This document shows positions 33,861 through 47,319 of a stretch of DNA of 64,000 nt, piece after piece (position 1 is the stretch's first letter; every line of letters begins with the position of its first letter). The notes under the pieces were generated by a model. It was not told the origin of the DNA. It ran no database searches and saw nothing but the letters and a program-made list of their open reading frames with translations. The position numbers and the translations under genes were made by a program. Origin of the DNA: Setoptus koraiensis (lineage: Eukaryota; Animalia; Arthropoda); contig CM106586.1 of assembly GCA_048013815.1 (NCBI GenBank), forward strand, positions 10,354,001 through 10,418,000, given 5' to 3'.

Positions 33861-34187
33861 TCGATGGTGCGATCGAGAGCTCGGGCGAGCGCGTCGCATG
33901 CGATTTGGTGCTTGCGCTGCCCCTCGCTGTTGCGCTACCCTCGCCAGCCGGAATGGGCCGCTCGCTTTGGCTTGCTGCGGCCCGTTTGGGTGTCGGGTTT
34001 CGGCGGCTCGTTGCAGCGCCGGGGCGTGCCCCGGCGGCCCATTGTGTGCCCGGCCGCGCCGCTCGAGCAGCCCGGCCGGCTGGGCTCCGTCAGCGCCGGC
34101 CCATCCTCACCACAACGCGACAACCGGCGACTAGCCGGTCCTCGGAGGCCCGACGCGACGCGGGCGCGACACGAGGGCGAACCAAGA

Positions 34188-34300
34188 CGATACTTTTGCG
34201 ATATTTTTGCGATTCATGGGCGATATTTAGCGATATTTGGCGATATTTTTGCGATTCTTGGGCGATATTTCGCGATATTTGGCGATATTTCGCGATATTT
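34188..34300. repeat. 10-nt-period GCGATATTT array with ~42-nt higher-order duplication
   Basis: Nine CGATA at 34188, 34199, 34221, 34231, 34241, 34263, 34273, 34283, 34293. Confidence 0.9.
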
Positions 34301-37300
34301 TCGCTGTTTATCGGTTGCAATTGTGTCCAGTATTTCAACTGATCGCATACTGCAAACTGGCCACATTTCATGCCAAATTTGGTGTGCGCACGATGCATGC
34401 AAAACGGCCCGAATATCATGACGGACGGCACGTCGGGCATGACACCGCCGCAAACGCATCACGCTCGGGCCGCCACTCACACCGACCGCGACACCGCCGA
34501 CACAGCAAATCACGACGCTCAACAAGTGGGCGGCGCCCTGTTTTGCCGCTCGCACCTTTCTCGAGCACCGCCATGCGGGCGCACACCGAGACCCGACCCG
34601 TTTCACTGAGCAGCCGATGTTCAGCCTCTTTTCGCTCGTCCGCTGTCGGGCGCTGCGGCCCGCCGGCCGGCCGGCCGGCCGATGTTTCGACCCGCGCGGC
34701 TCATCAACTGTTGAACATCAACCGCTGAAGCGCGGTCGCCAAGGGCGGCGCACCTCGAAGGAAAGTGTCACCGGTGTCGCAACATATATCATAATCATAC
34801 TGTAATAACCGGGCCGGCCGCTCGCGCCGGGTCGCCTGCTCGGGCCGGGCGTTGTTCGGGCCGGGCGTTGCGTGAGATATGCTCGCAGCAGTCGGACAGT
34901 GTCGAGACGATTGTGGGCACATCTCGTGTGGCGGCTGCGCTGGGCAGCGATCAAATGAGGATTTGTCATTTTATTTATGTCAACTGTGATCGCGCCGCGA
35001 ATCTCAATAAAATCTCAGCAGAATAAATACGCGAAGACTCTAATTACATGTTTGCGTCTGTTGATTATGGCCATTGTTGGTCGTTGGTTGTTCAGCGACA
35101 GCCGGCCATCGCATGACCCGCAACGCCAGCCATGAGGGCTCATGTAAGGCCGGCACTTATGTAACAAATGTAACATCATCGGTTGCGAGTTGCGCAACGA
35201 CGGCCGAAACAAGTGGGAATGAGCGAGTAGAAAAGTGGCAAAATTTGTGAGTGTTTGCGCGAAATGGCAGCCAGTTTCTAGCCGAAATTGGATTTGTTCA
35301 GCGATTTGTTAGGCAATTTTTCAGCCATTTAGAGCCGGCGCTAGAGCCAACATGTCGGCGTGTTTGGATTTGAGAGAGTTTGCATTTGAAAAATTGCTCA
35401 CATTCGGAGCCGGCTCAAATCTGTTGATGATTGACACTTAATTGATATCTCGCATGACAGCGGCCGTGAGCCCAAATTAAAAAATTACATTGCATTACTT
35501 GGCTAGCTGCGGCCTGTTTCGCCAAGACCGTTACCGGCATATCTGCGCGCAGCGACAACAGTAGACAAATAATACTTTTGCGATTACCCGGTTTGCCGTC
35601 GTCGTTGTTGTCGTCGCTGTCGCTGTTGTCGTTGTCGCTGCTGTCGCTGCTGTCGTTGTTGTCGTTGTTGTCGCTGTTGCTGTTGGCATGAGAAGTCTGT
35701 CCGCAAACGTCAAAAGTGTATAAACAAGCGCGCAAACAAACGCTCGATGTTGCCTCAACCGACATGCAAAGACGGTGATTAGCTCACCTATGCGAGCCGT
35801 CGAGCGAGCGCAGCTGACTGAGACTAACAGCGACCAATTAAATCTTAATTAAGACCCCGTCTCGTTGTTGCCGTTGTTGTTGCTGTTGTTGCCGTTGTTG
35901 TTGCTGTTGTTGCCGTTGTTGTCGTTGTTGTTGTTAGTGTTGTTGTTGTTGTTGTTGATACTAATGAGCTAATGCCACTGATTAGTAGCCGCTGATGAGC
36001 TGCGCATTATCTCGCCGATTATCTCTTATTACTACATGTCGTCTCATGCATGACGCGCGGCATGCAACGACCAGACAAGCTACGCCCGGCTACCGACCGC
36101 CCGGTACCATCAACTCGCCATCATCAAGCAGTTGCCAGCAAATCCGGCCCGATCCGGCCCGACTTGAGCGAATTGCCGCTCTTGTGGACTCTGTAAACAA
36201 TGGCCGGCCAATTTCATTGACTGACACGCCGGCTGCACTGTCATCTGTCCAACTCAACTCAATTTAGTTTTTAGTTTTCTTTTTTAGATTTCTTATATTT
36301 CTTCATCTTTGCGCACTTTACTTTATACCTTTACTTTAAGCATGCATTAGACGCACAAAGATGATGTAATGGTCACTTTGTTACGTAATACGCTCAGGTA
36401 TTCACGCGTGGATACCAGCGAGTGGCCAGTGTTTCGCGCACTGCAAAGCCTTTCCAGTGCAAAGGCGCTTTTCGGTGGGCGGCCAAAAATAATTATTAGT
36501 ATTTGGAACAAACAAACAATTTCACGCGAACAAGTGGCTGCAAACAATCAGTACACATATTGCGTCACTGTGTGTGTGTGTGTTGCAACTGCATGATTAT
36601 GTAATGTTGCATAATCATCGGTCGGTCGTCTTGGTCTGGCGGGCCGGTTGGCGGCCGGGCGGCCGGGCAGCCGGCGCGCAAAGACAGTTTGCGGCCGGAC
36701 ATCAATGTTATCGGTTAATGTTGACATTGCGTGCCGGCCGGGTTTTGTTGTCGGGCGCCTCACAGCAGCACTGGTCGGTCGGGCAAGCGGTGACTCTGTC
36801 CGCTGTATGGCCGCGCATGGCCACTGCATGGCCGCCGCGATCTGCAGCGAGCAGCGGGCAGCGGGCCGGCCGGTCGCGGGTGGCGGCGCTGCCACGGACG
36901 GCGGACGGCGGCCGGGCCGGCCCGAGGCGGCCGCTGGATCAATTGATTAAGCCACGGGTGGTCAGTGTGGCCGGCGCACAAACTGCGCTCGTCCATTGGC
37001 CATCATTACCTGATGATATCAGCTGAGCGGGCCGGCGCACAATGCAGCAGCATCAAATGAAACAGAATAAAATAAAATAAATTCTCAATCATTCATCCTC
37101 ATCATTTTGTGGCACTGACACCGACGAACGAGTCACTCGGTGCCTCGGAATCAATGGCCAACAGGTAACAGCGCACAGGTAATATCACAAGGTAATAGAT
37201 CAATGGCATGAATAGCGACGCAGCGGCCAGTGGATTAGCTGACTCTTGATGGGCGATGCTGGCGCAACGAGTTTGTATTATTCAAATGTCGCTCTCGCCT

Positions 37301-38695
37301 AATAGAGATTGATAGAGCCGCTTCTCTCGCAAGCGGCCCGCAAGCGCCACCGACCGGCCAGCGACGGGCAAAGAGCGGCCAACGAGCGGCCGCACGACGG
37401 TCCGTGCGAACGCGGCGCAACCCGACGGCCAACGAGTGCGCAAATGGATAAATGGCCGGCGCGCCGAGCTGCGCAAATAGTTACAAGATGCACAGTGTCA
37501 GATAGTGTCAGTGATAATGCTTCTTTTAGGTGTAATAATGGCATGTAAGCGAACCCGCCGCAACGGGCCACTTCGGCTTGCCAAAAGGGCGCCGCGGGGC
37601 GCCCCCTCGCTCACAATTTGCACAATTTGATTTGCACAACAGCCAACACAATATTGATTCTTTGTTTGCCAGTTCGGCCGCTTTGGCCACTCTGGCCAGT
37701 TCGGCCACTTTGGCCATTTCGGCCACTTTGGCCACTTTGGCCGGTCTCGCGGTTTGGCGAGTCGCGCAGTTCGGCCAGCATCGCAGTCTCGCACTTTGGC
37801 CAGTTTCGCTAGTTGGCCCGTGTCTGCAGGCCGCTGCACATGCCCGCGCCCTCTGCACACCGGACCGCGCAACGCCGCCGACCGCACTGGCTCGCGCGGC
37901 CCGGCCCGCCCGACATCCAACAACTAAGCTAATGCCCGATATTTCGCCCCTCTGCACGCCGGGCAAACAACGAGCGGCGAGCTGAACAAACAGCGATGGC
38001 GAGCCCGACAACAACAGCGCAACAGCAGCACAACAACGGCCCAACAACAGCGCGACAACAATAACATTGCGATGGGACACAGCGACCTGTTGCATTACAA
38101 TGGCCGCAAGTGGGCGCGTGTTTGGCGCTTCCTCTGGCCGACATTCCTCTGGCGCGGCCACTCGTTCGCACTGGAGCACTGGCGCGTTCGCACACCGAAC
38201 GTTCGAACGTTCGCACACTCCAAAGTCGAACGTTCGAACACCCGAGCATTCGAAAGTCGAACGCTCGAACGTTCGAACAGGTGAGCGAGAATGTTGCGGG
38301 CTCAGAAGTGTTGCGAGTGCGTGGAATTCTTTTGAGCTGATACAAATCGGTGTGATAGTGATCGCCAAATGAACTTTATCGCGCTCTATTTGCACTGTGT
38401 TTGCGCTATGTTTGCGCGCTGTTGTGCGTTGTTGTGCGCCGGTACATGCACAAAACAGCAACAAGTTGGCGCGGTGTTCGCAGCCAATTCGCAGCCTTTG
38501 GCAGCCTTCGCCAGCAACAACAAACAACTGACTCCGCCGGTCGGCGAGAACAAAGTCGCCAGCCACTCACTTACCTGTCGGGAATGCGCGCTCGGCGCGC
38601 CGTTGCGGGCGAACGCGGCCCCGCAGCGAACCGAGCGGCGCTGAATCGAAGCCGCGCGCTGAATCGAAGCCTCGCGCTGAATCGCCGTGGAATCG

Positions 38696-38760
38696 CCAGA
38701 GAATCGCCCGAGAATCGCCCGAGAATCGCCCGAGAATCGCCCGAGAATCGCCCGAGAATG
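38696..38760. repeat. 11-nt tandem repeat gaatcgcccga, ~5 copies
   Basis: Direct reading. Confidence 0.9.
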
Positions 38761-40507
38761 GCGGCCTCGCGCAGCCCGCCAGTCGCCGCCGAGAAGGCGC
38801 TCGGCGCGTCGGAGGCGAGCCTCTAATAAGCCTCCGACGAGCGCTCATCGGGCTCGTTGGAGGTGGCGAGAGCGGCTATTCATTATCGGCGAGGCTGCCG
38901 ATCGAGCGCCGCCAGCTCAGTCTCAATAGACTCACTGGACTCACTGGACTCACTAGACTCAATAGACTCAATAGACGCATTCTCGGCCGACGATGATAGG
39001 GCCGCTAATGTTGCCGCCGTTAAAGAGACTTTGTCGGCACTTCTCGCCTCATTACAAATAGATTCGTTATGCAGATAAACCTACACACTGGCGATTGAGA
39101 GCGAGCTGCCCAGGTGAGACGGCAACCGCCCAGCGGAGCGCACAAACACAAACAAAGGCCACTTGTCGAAGCGACCGAACGAAGCCAGCCAAAAGAAGCC
39201 AGCGAACATCGAACAGCCAGAGAGCAGCCAGCGAACAGCCAGCGAACAGCCAGAGAACGGCACGCAAAACAGAGAGAACGCGGGGGACGCCGGCAGCACA
39301 GGCCACGCCAACAAGGCGGGGGACGCGGTGAGAAGCGCCGCGCGGCGGCCGCAGAATGCCAAGAATGGGAGCATATTCCGTCCATATCTATAGGCCAAGG
39401 GCTGATGGTGCGCAAGCGGCAGACAAGTGGACGCCCGGCCGCGCTGCCAGTGGCAGCAACGGCTGAGATTATCGCCATTCGCCAATGAGTCGCTTCGGCC
39501 GCTCGGTCAGTCGGTCGGCGGCTCGGTCGGTTTGCGGCTCGGTCAGTCGGTCGGTCGGCCGCTCGGGCGGTGGCATTGGCGCGAGCGGCCCGTCCGAGCG
39601 GGAACGGTCAGTGTGCACGCTGCAGTGGTCAGTTGGCGCGGTTGGTGTGGCCAAGTGGGCGCCGATCGCGACCAAAAAGAGCAAAAATGAGATAGAGACG
39701 GACAGTCGCTAGCGGCCACTAGCGACGGACAAAGCGACGCTGCCATTATTACGCGTTATTAGTCGCTTACGTAACACTCATTGGCTTACGTAACACTTGC
39801 TCTGCCGCTTGCGTAACACTTGCTAGGCCGCTTGCATAAGACACCCTGGCCGGCTCAGCGCCATGCATCCAATATAAATAGTGCTACACATATTGTAGTG
39901 TTAATATAAATAATGTTATTTCATGTATTATATACATATTATATCATGCATCATATATATTACGCAATGCAAAGCGACGCCGAGCGATGCGCAGTGCGCA
40001 CGGCACCGCAATGGCGGGCATGAATAAACATAATTGATATTCACCTGTTCAATCAAATGTGTGTGTGTGTTGAGCACATTGTGTGAACTAAATAAATTGA
40101 CCATTGTCTTTGTTGCTGCTGCCGTTGTTGTTGTCGGCGTTGTTGCTGTTGCTGTTGCTGTTGGTGTTGTTGTCAGTGTCGGTGTTGTTGTCGGTGTTGG
40201 CTAGTTCCTGTTGCCACTGCAAACAACTGTGTGTACAAACAACATCTCATTATTGTGTGTGTGTGTGTGTGTCTTTGTCTCGCTCACCTGAGCACAAACA
40301 TCGGCATCATTTTCATGGCACCACAGTGTCTGGCGCACACACTGTGGTGCCGGCCCGGCCATTCAACGCGCCGGCAAATGTTGAATCACCTGTTGCTGAC
40401 ACCGGCGCCGACAGCTCGCCGGGTCCCATTCATTAGCTTCGATTTGTTGTGTTGTTTGTTGTTTGGCAAGTGTTTGTAATTTGCTGTTTGCTGATACGCT
40501 TTCTTTG

Positions 40508-40617
40508 TTACCTGTTGTTGTTCACCTCTTACCTGTTACCTGTTACCTGTTACCTGTGCTGCCTCTATTGCCTCTGTTACCTGTGCTGCCGTGTGTTACC
40601 TGTGCTGGTGTTACCTG
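40508..40617. repeat. Cluster of 8 TTACCTG, including (TTACCTG)4
   Basis: Starts at 40508, 40529, 40536, 40543, 40550, 40577, 40596, 40611. Confidence 0.95.
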
Positions 40618-41482
40618 TGACCGCAAGCCGCTCCGCGAGCCGCTTCACAAGCGGCCCGAGCGGCAGCGCAAGCTTCACAAGCGGCCCGAGCGGCAGCGCA
40701 AAGCGCCCGACCAAACAGACGCACCGGACAGACGGGCCAGATGGACGGACCAGATAGACGGACGCAATAATGAGCGGCGAGACGGCGCAATGAAACGGCC
40801 GCAGTAATGAGATAATCGAGCCAGTGCCAGCCAAATGAAGTGATGAAATATCTCGCTTACTTGATCAATCAGCGGCAACCTGTTGTTGCTGTTGCTGTTG
40901 CTGTTGCTGTTGCAAGCAACGGCAACGGCAAACATGCAGATTAATATGGCGGAATGTTGTAATTGCGCTCGCCAGCGAGCTCGGCCAAAGTGAAACATTA
41001 TTAATGGTCGCTCGGCTTAAACTGTTGCGGTAAACGGGCGAGCGGGCGCAGTGATGACGTGATTAAATGCTCTCAATGATTAAATATTTATCTTTTAAAG
41101 AGGTGCTCACGCCCCGACCGCACTCGGCATTGAGAGCGGCCGGCCAATTACGGCCACATTGCCCACCAAATTGCGGCATGCTCGCCATAATGCAATAATG
41201 ATAATAATGATAATAATGAGTGGCGCCAGTAACGACTTGTTTATTTCGGCGTGCGTTTCTCTCATTGATACACACGCCAACTTGGGCCGGCCGGCCATAT
41301 TTAGTGTGGTGGTCAGTGTGAGCAAATATGATGATATAATATAATATAATGTGAGTGTGAGCTCAACGAGTGCTGGCCAGTTTGCGCCGATGCGCTTGTT
41401 TACGGCGAGCTCGTTTATGCGCCGCTCGACGCTTACGTAAGTGGCCAGCTCATGATGGATGGCCGTGGCAGGTGTAAGCTCG

Positions 41483-41543
41483 CTCAGGTGAGCCCAGGTG
41501 AGCCCAGGTGAGCTCAGGTGAGCTCAGGCGAGCTCAGGTGAGC
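41483..41543. repeat. 10-nt tandem repeat C(T/C)CAGGTGAG, 6 copies
   Basis: CAGGTGAG at 41485, 41495, 41505, 41515, 41535; variant CAGGCGAG at 41525. Confidence 0.95.
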
Positions 41544-44500
41544 GCAAGTAGGCGAACAGTTAGCTTGATTGGCCAGCTCACGTTGTGACGATGCACCTCG
41601 CTGCAGCTTGCAGCTCAACCGGCGGACCGGAAGTGCTGCCAACCACGCTGTTGCTGCCAAATTGCGCACTGTTGTCAGCGCAATTGTCAGCGCAATTGTC
41701 AGCGCAATTGTCGGCCGATTGGGTGAGCCGGCCAGGTGAGCGATGGCAGCGCGGCGCAGCGGCCAACGCCAACCTTAAACAGATGATGATATCGTGCATT
41801 GGGCAGGATATATAGGCCACTATGCATAATAGGCCACTATGTATGTTATTACATTGTTGATATTATGGCGCACCGCGAAAACAAAACTGCACAACAAAAC
41901 TGCCTGACCGCACCGTATAGAGGGCGCTCGATAGCGGGCGCTGTCATAAAGTTAATTTGCATGCTGCCAACGCTGTTTGATTTACAGCACTTGTTGCTGT
42001 CCGTCAAACAGCGGCTCACCTGGATTCTGTTTGCTACGTGCACAGTTGCACGCACAGCTACGTGCACATTTGCATACACAGTTATGTGCACAGTTACATG
42101 TGTACATGTGTAGTGACACGTAGTGAGGGCGAAGCGAGCACGTACAAGTTGCGACAGTGTGCGCGACCAGCGACACGACAAGTTGCACGTCGTTTATTTG
42201 TTGTTTGTCGAGTGCGATTTGCGCTAATCGGCGCGTCGTCCGCGCGCAACTGCGTGCCGCAACAGCCAGACCAACAACAGCCAGACCAACAACAGCAACA
42301 ACATTGACAGCAACGACAGCAGCAACGGCAACAACGGCAACGACAACAACAGCAACAACAGCAACGACAGCAACGCCAACGGCGAGCGTGAGAGGTCACC
42401 TGTAAATGGGCAATTGATTTTGCGCGAGGCCATTAATTGTTGCTGGCGCCCGTCGGAGCGCTCGGCCGACGTTTGTGTCATGTTATCGGCCATTTACATG
42501 TGTACTTATTTATTTTGCGCATTTATTTGGCCGCTCGGCCGACTGGTCAGTTGGCCAAACAAACGCAGTGGCCGAGCGAACGCAGTGGCCGAGCGAACGC
42601 AGTCGGCGGCACCGGCCCGCGAATCGGCGCAATCGCGAGCCGGACACACACAAACAGACGATGCTAGCAGGCAGCCGAGACACGCTTAGCGTCACCTCGA
42701 GTCACCTGAGTTACCTGTTGATTCGAACGTGCTCGTCGTCATTTGTATCGGTGGCGCAGTCATGTCGTCGTTGTCATTCATTTGTTGGCCATAAATTAGT
42801 GGTGGCCGGCAAATGCAGTCAGCGGCCAGAGTGCGCATGTAAACAGTTCGCGAACGACAACCACTGCGGCCACTGACCACTACAACTGTTTTGTTTTGTT
42901 GCAGTTGTTGCAGTTGCTGCAGTTGTTGCTGTTGCTGCAGTTGCTGCAGTTGTTGTTGCAGTTGCGGTGCTGCCACAAGCGAGGCTTCGTTTTATTGGCT
43001 GCTTCGCCCGAAAATGCTCGCCGGCCAAATCCTGCAAAACGCGTCCGTCTCTAATCTAATTCTGTTTGTTGGTTGGTAATCTAAGTCTGTTTGTACACAC
43101 GCAGTCAACAAAGTTTGCGTTACAGACACGCGAAATTGATACGACAACGACAACAACACCATTAAAGCATTTAATACATTTAGACATTCGGCCGGTCGCG
43201 AACAATCGGCGCTGCGAATTGGCCGAGTGGCGTTGTGCGCCACTTTGAAAGCCGTTGCCGGCCAACTGGCCAGTTCGGCCTGTTTGCGTCGGCTTCACGC
43301 GGCGCCGCGAACGCGATTCCACCGAAAAGTCGCTGCTCGCCATTCGAAAAAGTCGCTGCTCGCTCCTCGCGACGAGAGCGACTTTCGGCCGCTTCGGCCG
43401 CGCCGTGCCAATGGGCACTCGCACTCCGGGCGCGCATACCGCTGTTGCTACTAGCAACTTGCTAGTATCACCGGCTTGCAACTTGCCGGCCGCCGCAACC
43501 GCCCGACCGAGGCCACTGGCCAACCGTTGGCTCGCAGCCGGCAGCTGACTCGAGAGTCTCGAGTCGACACTCAGCGAGTAACGGCCCGCGGTGCTGACTG
43601 CGCCGCCGGCTCGGCACGTAATAAAACGCGTGCTCCTTCGGAGCAGCTCCAAGCCCAGTGCGGCTCGGATCGCGCCGTGCTGTATCCGCGGGCGCGGGGC
43701 GCGGCCCGGTTTGTTTAGCGTTGTTTGTTTAGCGTCTGCTGGCAGCGACTGTGCGCCGGTGCCAGTGGTCAGTCAGTGGTCAGTCGGGCATCGATCGCGT
43801 GAATAGCGCCAGTGGCGTGAATAGTGCCCAGTGGCCACAATGCAAACATTGACGGGCAAACAGAGCCGAGCAACAAGTTGGCGAGTTGTTTGTTTGCACG
43901 AGCAAGTTGCCGTTCGACAAACGATACGTGCCAGTCGAATGCGCGATTCGACTTGTTTGTTTGTCTAGGCTACGCAAACAAACAATCACTGTGTCTAGCT
44001 GCGTCTGTTTGCCTGTTTGTGTGTCGTTATCGACGCGCACGGGCGCTCATTAGCGGCGCCCGTGCGAGCACGCGCAAACGGAAGCTGCCCGTCTGTGCAC
44101 GTGCAGTCTGTTCACGTGCAGTCTGTTCACGTGCAGTCTGTTCAGGCGCTGTCCGTTGACGCGCTAGCCGGACACATGAGCCGGTTGGCGGCACAAACCC
44201 GGCCGCCCGATCCCGGCGACGGGCCGAAACGGGCTCCACCCGACAGAATCGCCCGCAAACTTGATCGGGCCGATCGCGGTATCCCGTGATAGCCCGCAAC
44301 GTCCCGCGCGACATCACGGAATACGGCGGAATGCGGCGGAACGCGGCGAAATACGACGGAATGCGGCCGAATGCCGCGGTATCTCGCGCCGATAGTGCGG
44401 CGCCGGGTATCGCCCGCGAAGGCGAGCAAGCACCCGCACGCCGGCCCGGCCGGCGGCAGCAAACCGCACTGCGTGGCACGGTTTATCACGGTTGCATCGC

Positions 44501-47285
44501 GTTATTGTTGGCATTGCGCAATGGTGCCAGCGGTCGGATTATCGCGCCCTCATTGTGCAACGCGCACGCAATCCTTCGATAACCTGACAGGTTAGCTGTT
44601 GCTGTTGCTATTGCGCAATTTGCTCGCTCGCTTGTTGTTTTAGAGCCTTACCCAGCCGCAAATTACGTATTGGCGCAACAGGTACGCACTGAAAACACAC
44701 ACACACACACAGCCGGCCGGGCCGAGCGAAAAACCAAACAAGCAGGCTATTATGCAACACACACACACACATTATACGTTATTATTTATATCATGTGATG
44801 CAATGGATGACTCAATCAATTTTGATCAACTTTTTGCTCGACGTGCCCAGCTAGAGCGAGCGACCCGCAAACAAATCGATCGATGATTAGCGTTTGCGTT
44901 GCGCATCGCCGATTCGGGCCGTCGGACGGCGAAACTTTAAACTTTTCGCTGGCAAAAAGTTTAAGGTGAGCGCCGAGATTGAGATGTGACGAGGGCAACT
45001 TGATCGCTGGAGCGGCTCGAGTCGCTCTGTTCGCTCTGTTCGCACACTCCGACAAGAATTGTCGAGTTGCGATTCTTTCAGAATTGGCGATTCGCAAATG
45101 AGCGCTCGCTTGTTGCGCCGGCCCGAGCGGCCGGCGCAACAAACGACAAGACACGACAAGTGCACAGATTACGCTGCTCAGATTAGATCCGTCTTGTCAG
45201 GCCAGAGCGTTGTCAGAGAGTCGCGGGCCGGCCGGCAAGATGGATGGGAGGCTAACGAGGCGCGCAGAAGAGTTGAGCCGACGGGGGCGAGATTCTCTCA
45301 CGCTCGCCGTGTCCAGTTTGTTGCTTGTTACAATATTTTCTTAGCCGGCTTATTATTTTACCTTTAATGTCAGTAATAGTAATAACGATAATAATAGTTA
45401 TAGTAATAACGATAATAATAGTAATAATAATAGTAATAGTTATAGTAATAATGATGCTAATAGTAATAGCAATGATAATGGTGACCCGGTCGGCCTATAA
45501 TATGATATAATTGAGCCGCGGCAAAACACACACACACTTGAAATTTCGAGTTGCATTAGCCGTTGCGTAATTGTTGCGAAATATGCAACGCCAAACAACA
45601 ATATAGGCCAGCATTGTTTGGCCAGTCTTGCCAAAGTCAGCTGACCGACGATCGCTCGCCAGGTGTCGCCCGGACGTTTGGACAAATAATTTGCTATATT
45701 TTGGCAAATAATTTGGCTGGCTGGCTGGCCGGCGTTTGGTGCGGTTTGGCGCTCACTATTCACAACTTTGACAGTGTGCTATTTAAATGGGCCCTCGCAA
45801 ATGGCGCCCGCTAATGACTGCGTGAGCCGTCATTTGCATGAAACTATTAACTATTTTCGGCAGCGGCAGCAGCCATATTTATATTCATACGTTTGCGGCA
45901 GCCGAGCGGGCGCCTCGTTCGCCACCGCGCCATGAATCATGCATGCAAAGTGGACATGACAATGGCCAAACAATGACCGTTGTGTTGAAAAGCCGGCGCT
46001 CGGGTAGCCGGCGCTCGGGTAGCCGGCTTCTCAGGTAGCCGGCGCGTCGACAGACGGCCCGTGACGCGGAGACGCGACGAGACGGGAGACGAGCCGCTTC
46101 AAAGGCTTCCCCTGAGAGACATTTCTCGCTCGGGTTCGCTCTTGTCCGGGCCGCTCGGCAGCCCGCGTTCGCCTTCGAGCGAGCCCCGGACTCGGCTTCG
46201 CGCTCGGCCCGCTCGCATTGGTCCGTTTGGGCCGGTCACTCGATGGGCGACACGGCGACCGCTGAGCGGCCAGTTGTTGTCAAAACAACAGTTGTTGTTG
46301 TTGTTGTTGTTCTCAGCAGTTGTTGTTGTTCTCAACAGTTGTTGTTGTTCTAAGGAGCAACAGCGACGGCAGCGGCAACAACCGACAAACAATAAGAACA
46401 ATCGAAGAAAAATGAGATCAAATGACAACAAAGTGCACGCTTGTGTGAGTGGCCACTCAACGGTGGTCACTCATGGGTGGTCATCACGACACTACACAAA
46501 TGATGATTTGTTGTGGCAACAGCAGTTGTTGTTGTTGTTGTTGTTGTCCCATCATTACTACTGTTCATCACCTGGTGGCTACCGCCAGTGGCCGCCAGTG
46601 GCTGCCAGTTGCTCGGCCGACTTGTCCAGTAATGATCGTAGGATGACCACTGGTCAGCAGCTAATTGATCTTGCGCAACTGGCCATTTGCGACTCGCAAC
46701 AGTGCAAATGATGCTCGCCGTTGTGTCATGATTGCGCAACGCTCACAAACGAGCGCCACTCAGTCTCATACAAACACTTGTAAATACTTGCAAAGTTAAA
46801 TAAATGCTCTCATTGGCGTTGTTGCTCTCATTGGTGTTGCTGTTGTTGCGTCATTATAGCAGCGCATTATGCCAGCGCCGTCAGCTGATGAGCCGACTTG
46901 TCAGACTCATCAGCTGTGCAGCGCTGCTGCTGGCAAGTCGGCTGTAAACAAGACAATCAGCTGTAGTTGTAGTTGTGGTAGTGGTAGTTGTGGTTGTTGT
47001 AGTTGTTCACAACTAGCAAAGTAACAGTGTCGAGGGCAAGGCAGAGTAGTGGTCAGTTTCAGAACAACAATTACACTATAGTGAGTGGTTATTATAGTGG
47101 CTGCTATAGGCTGCCGGCAGCGACTCCTGGCGCTGGCTCACCCAAACACCGATTGAAGTTTGCAAATTGCGCACGCAAGTGATACATTGATGTATTACCA
47201 CTCGGCAGCAGCAGCAACAACGACGACGGCGACAACAGCGACAACAGCGACAGCAACGACAACAACAACAACAACAACAGCAACG

Positions 47286-47319
<34 letters not shown>

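Noticed and set aside
43400-43490. LLVATAVCAPGVRVP resembling DEAD-box motif V
   Set aside because: No motif IV or VI context; the codons arise largely from a 19-bp DNA palindrome (TACTAGCAA-C-TTGCTAGTA, 43449-43467), so coincidental.
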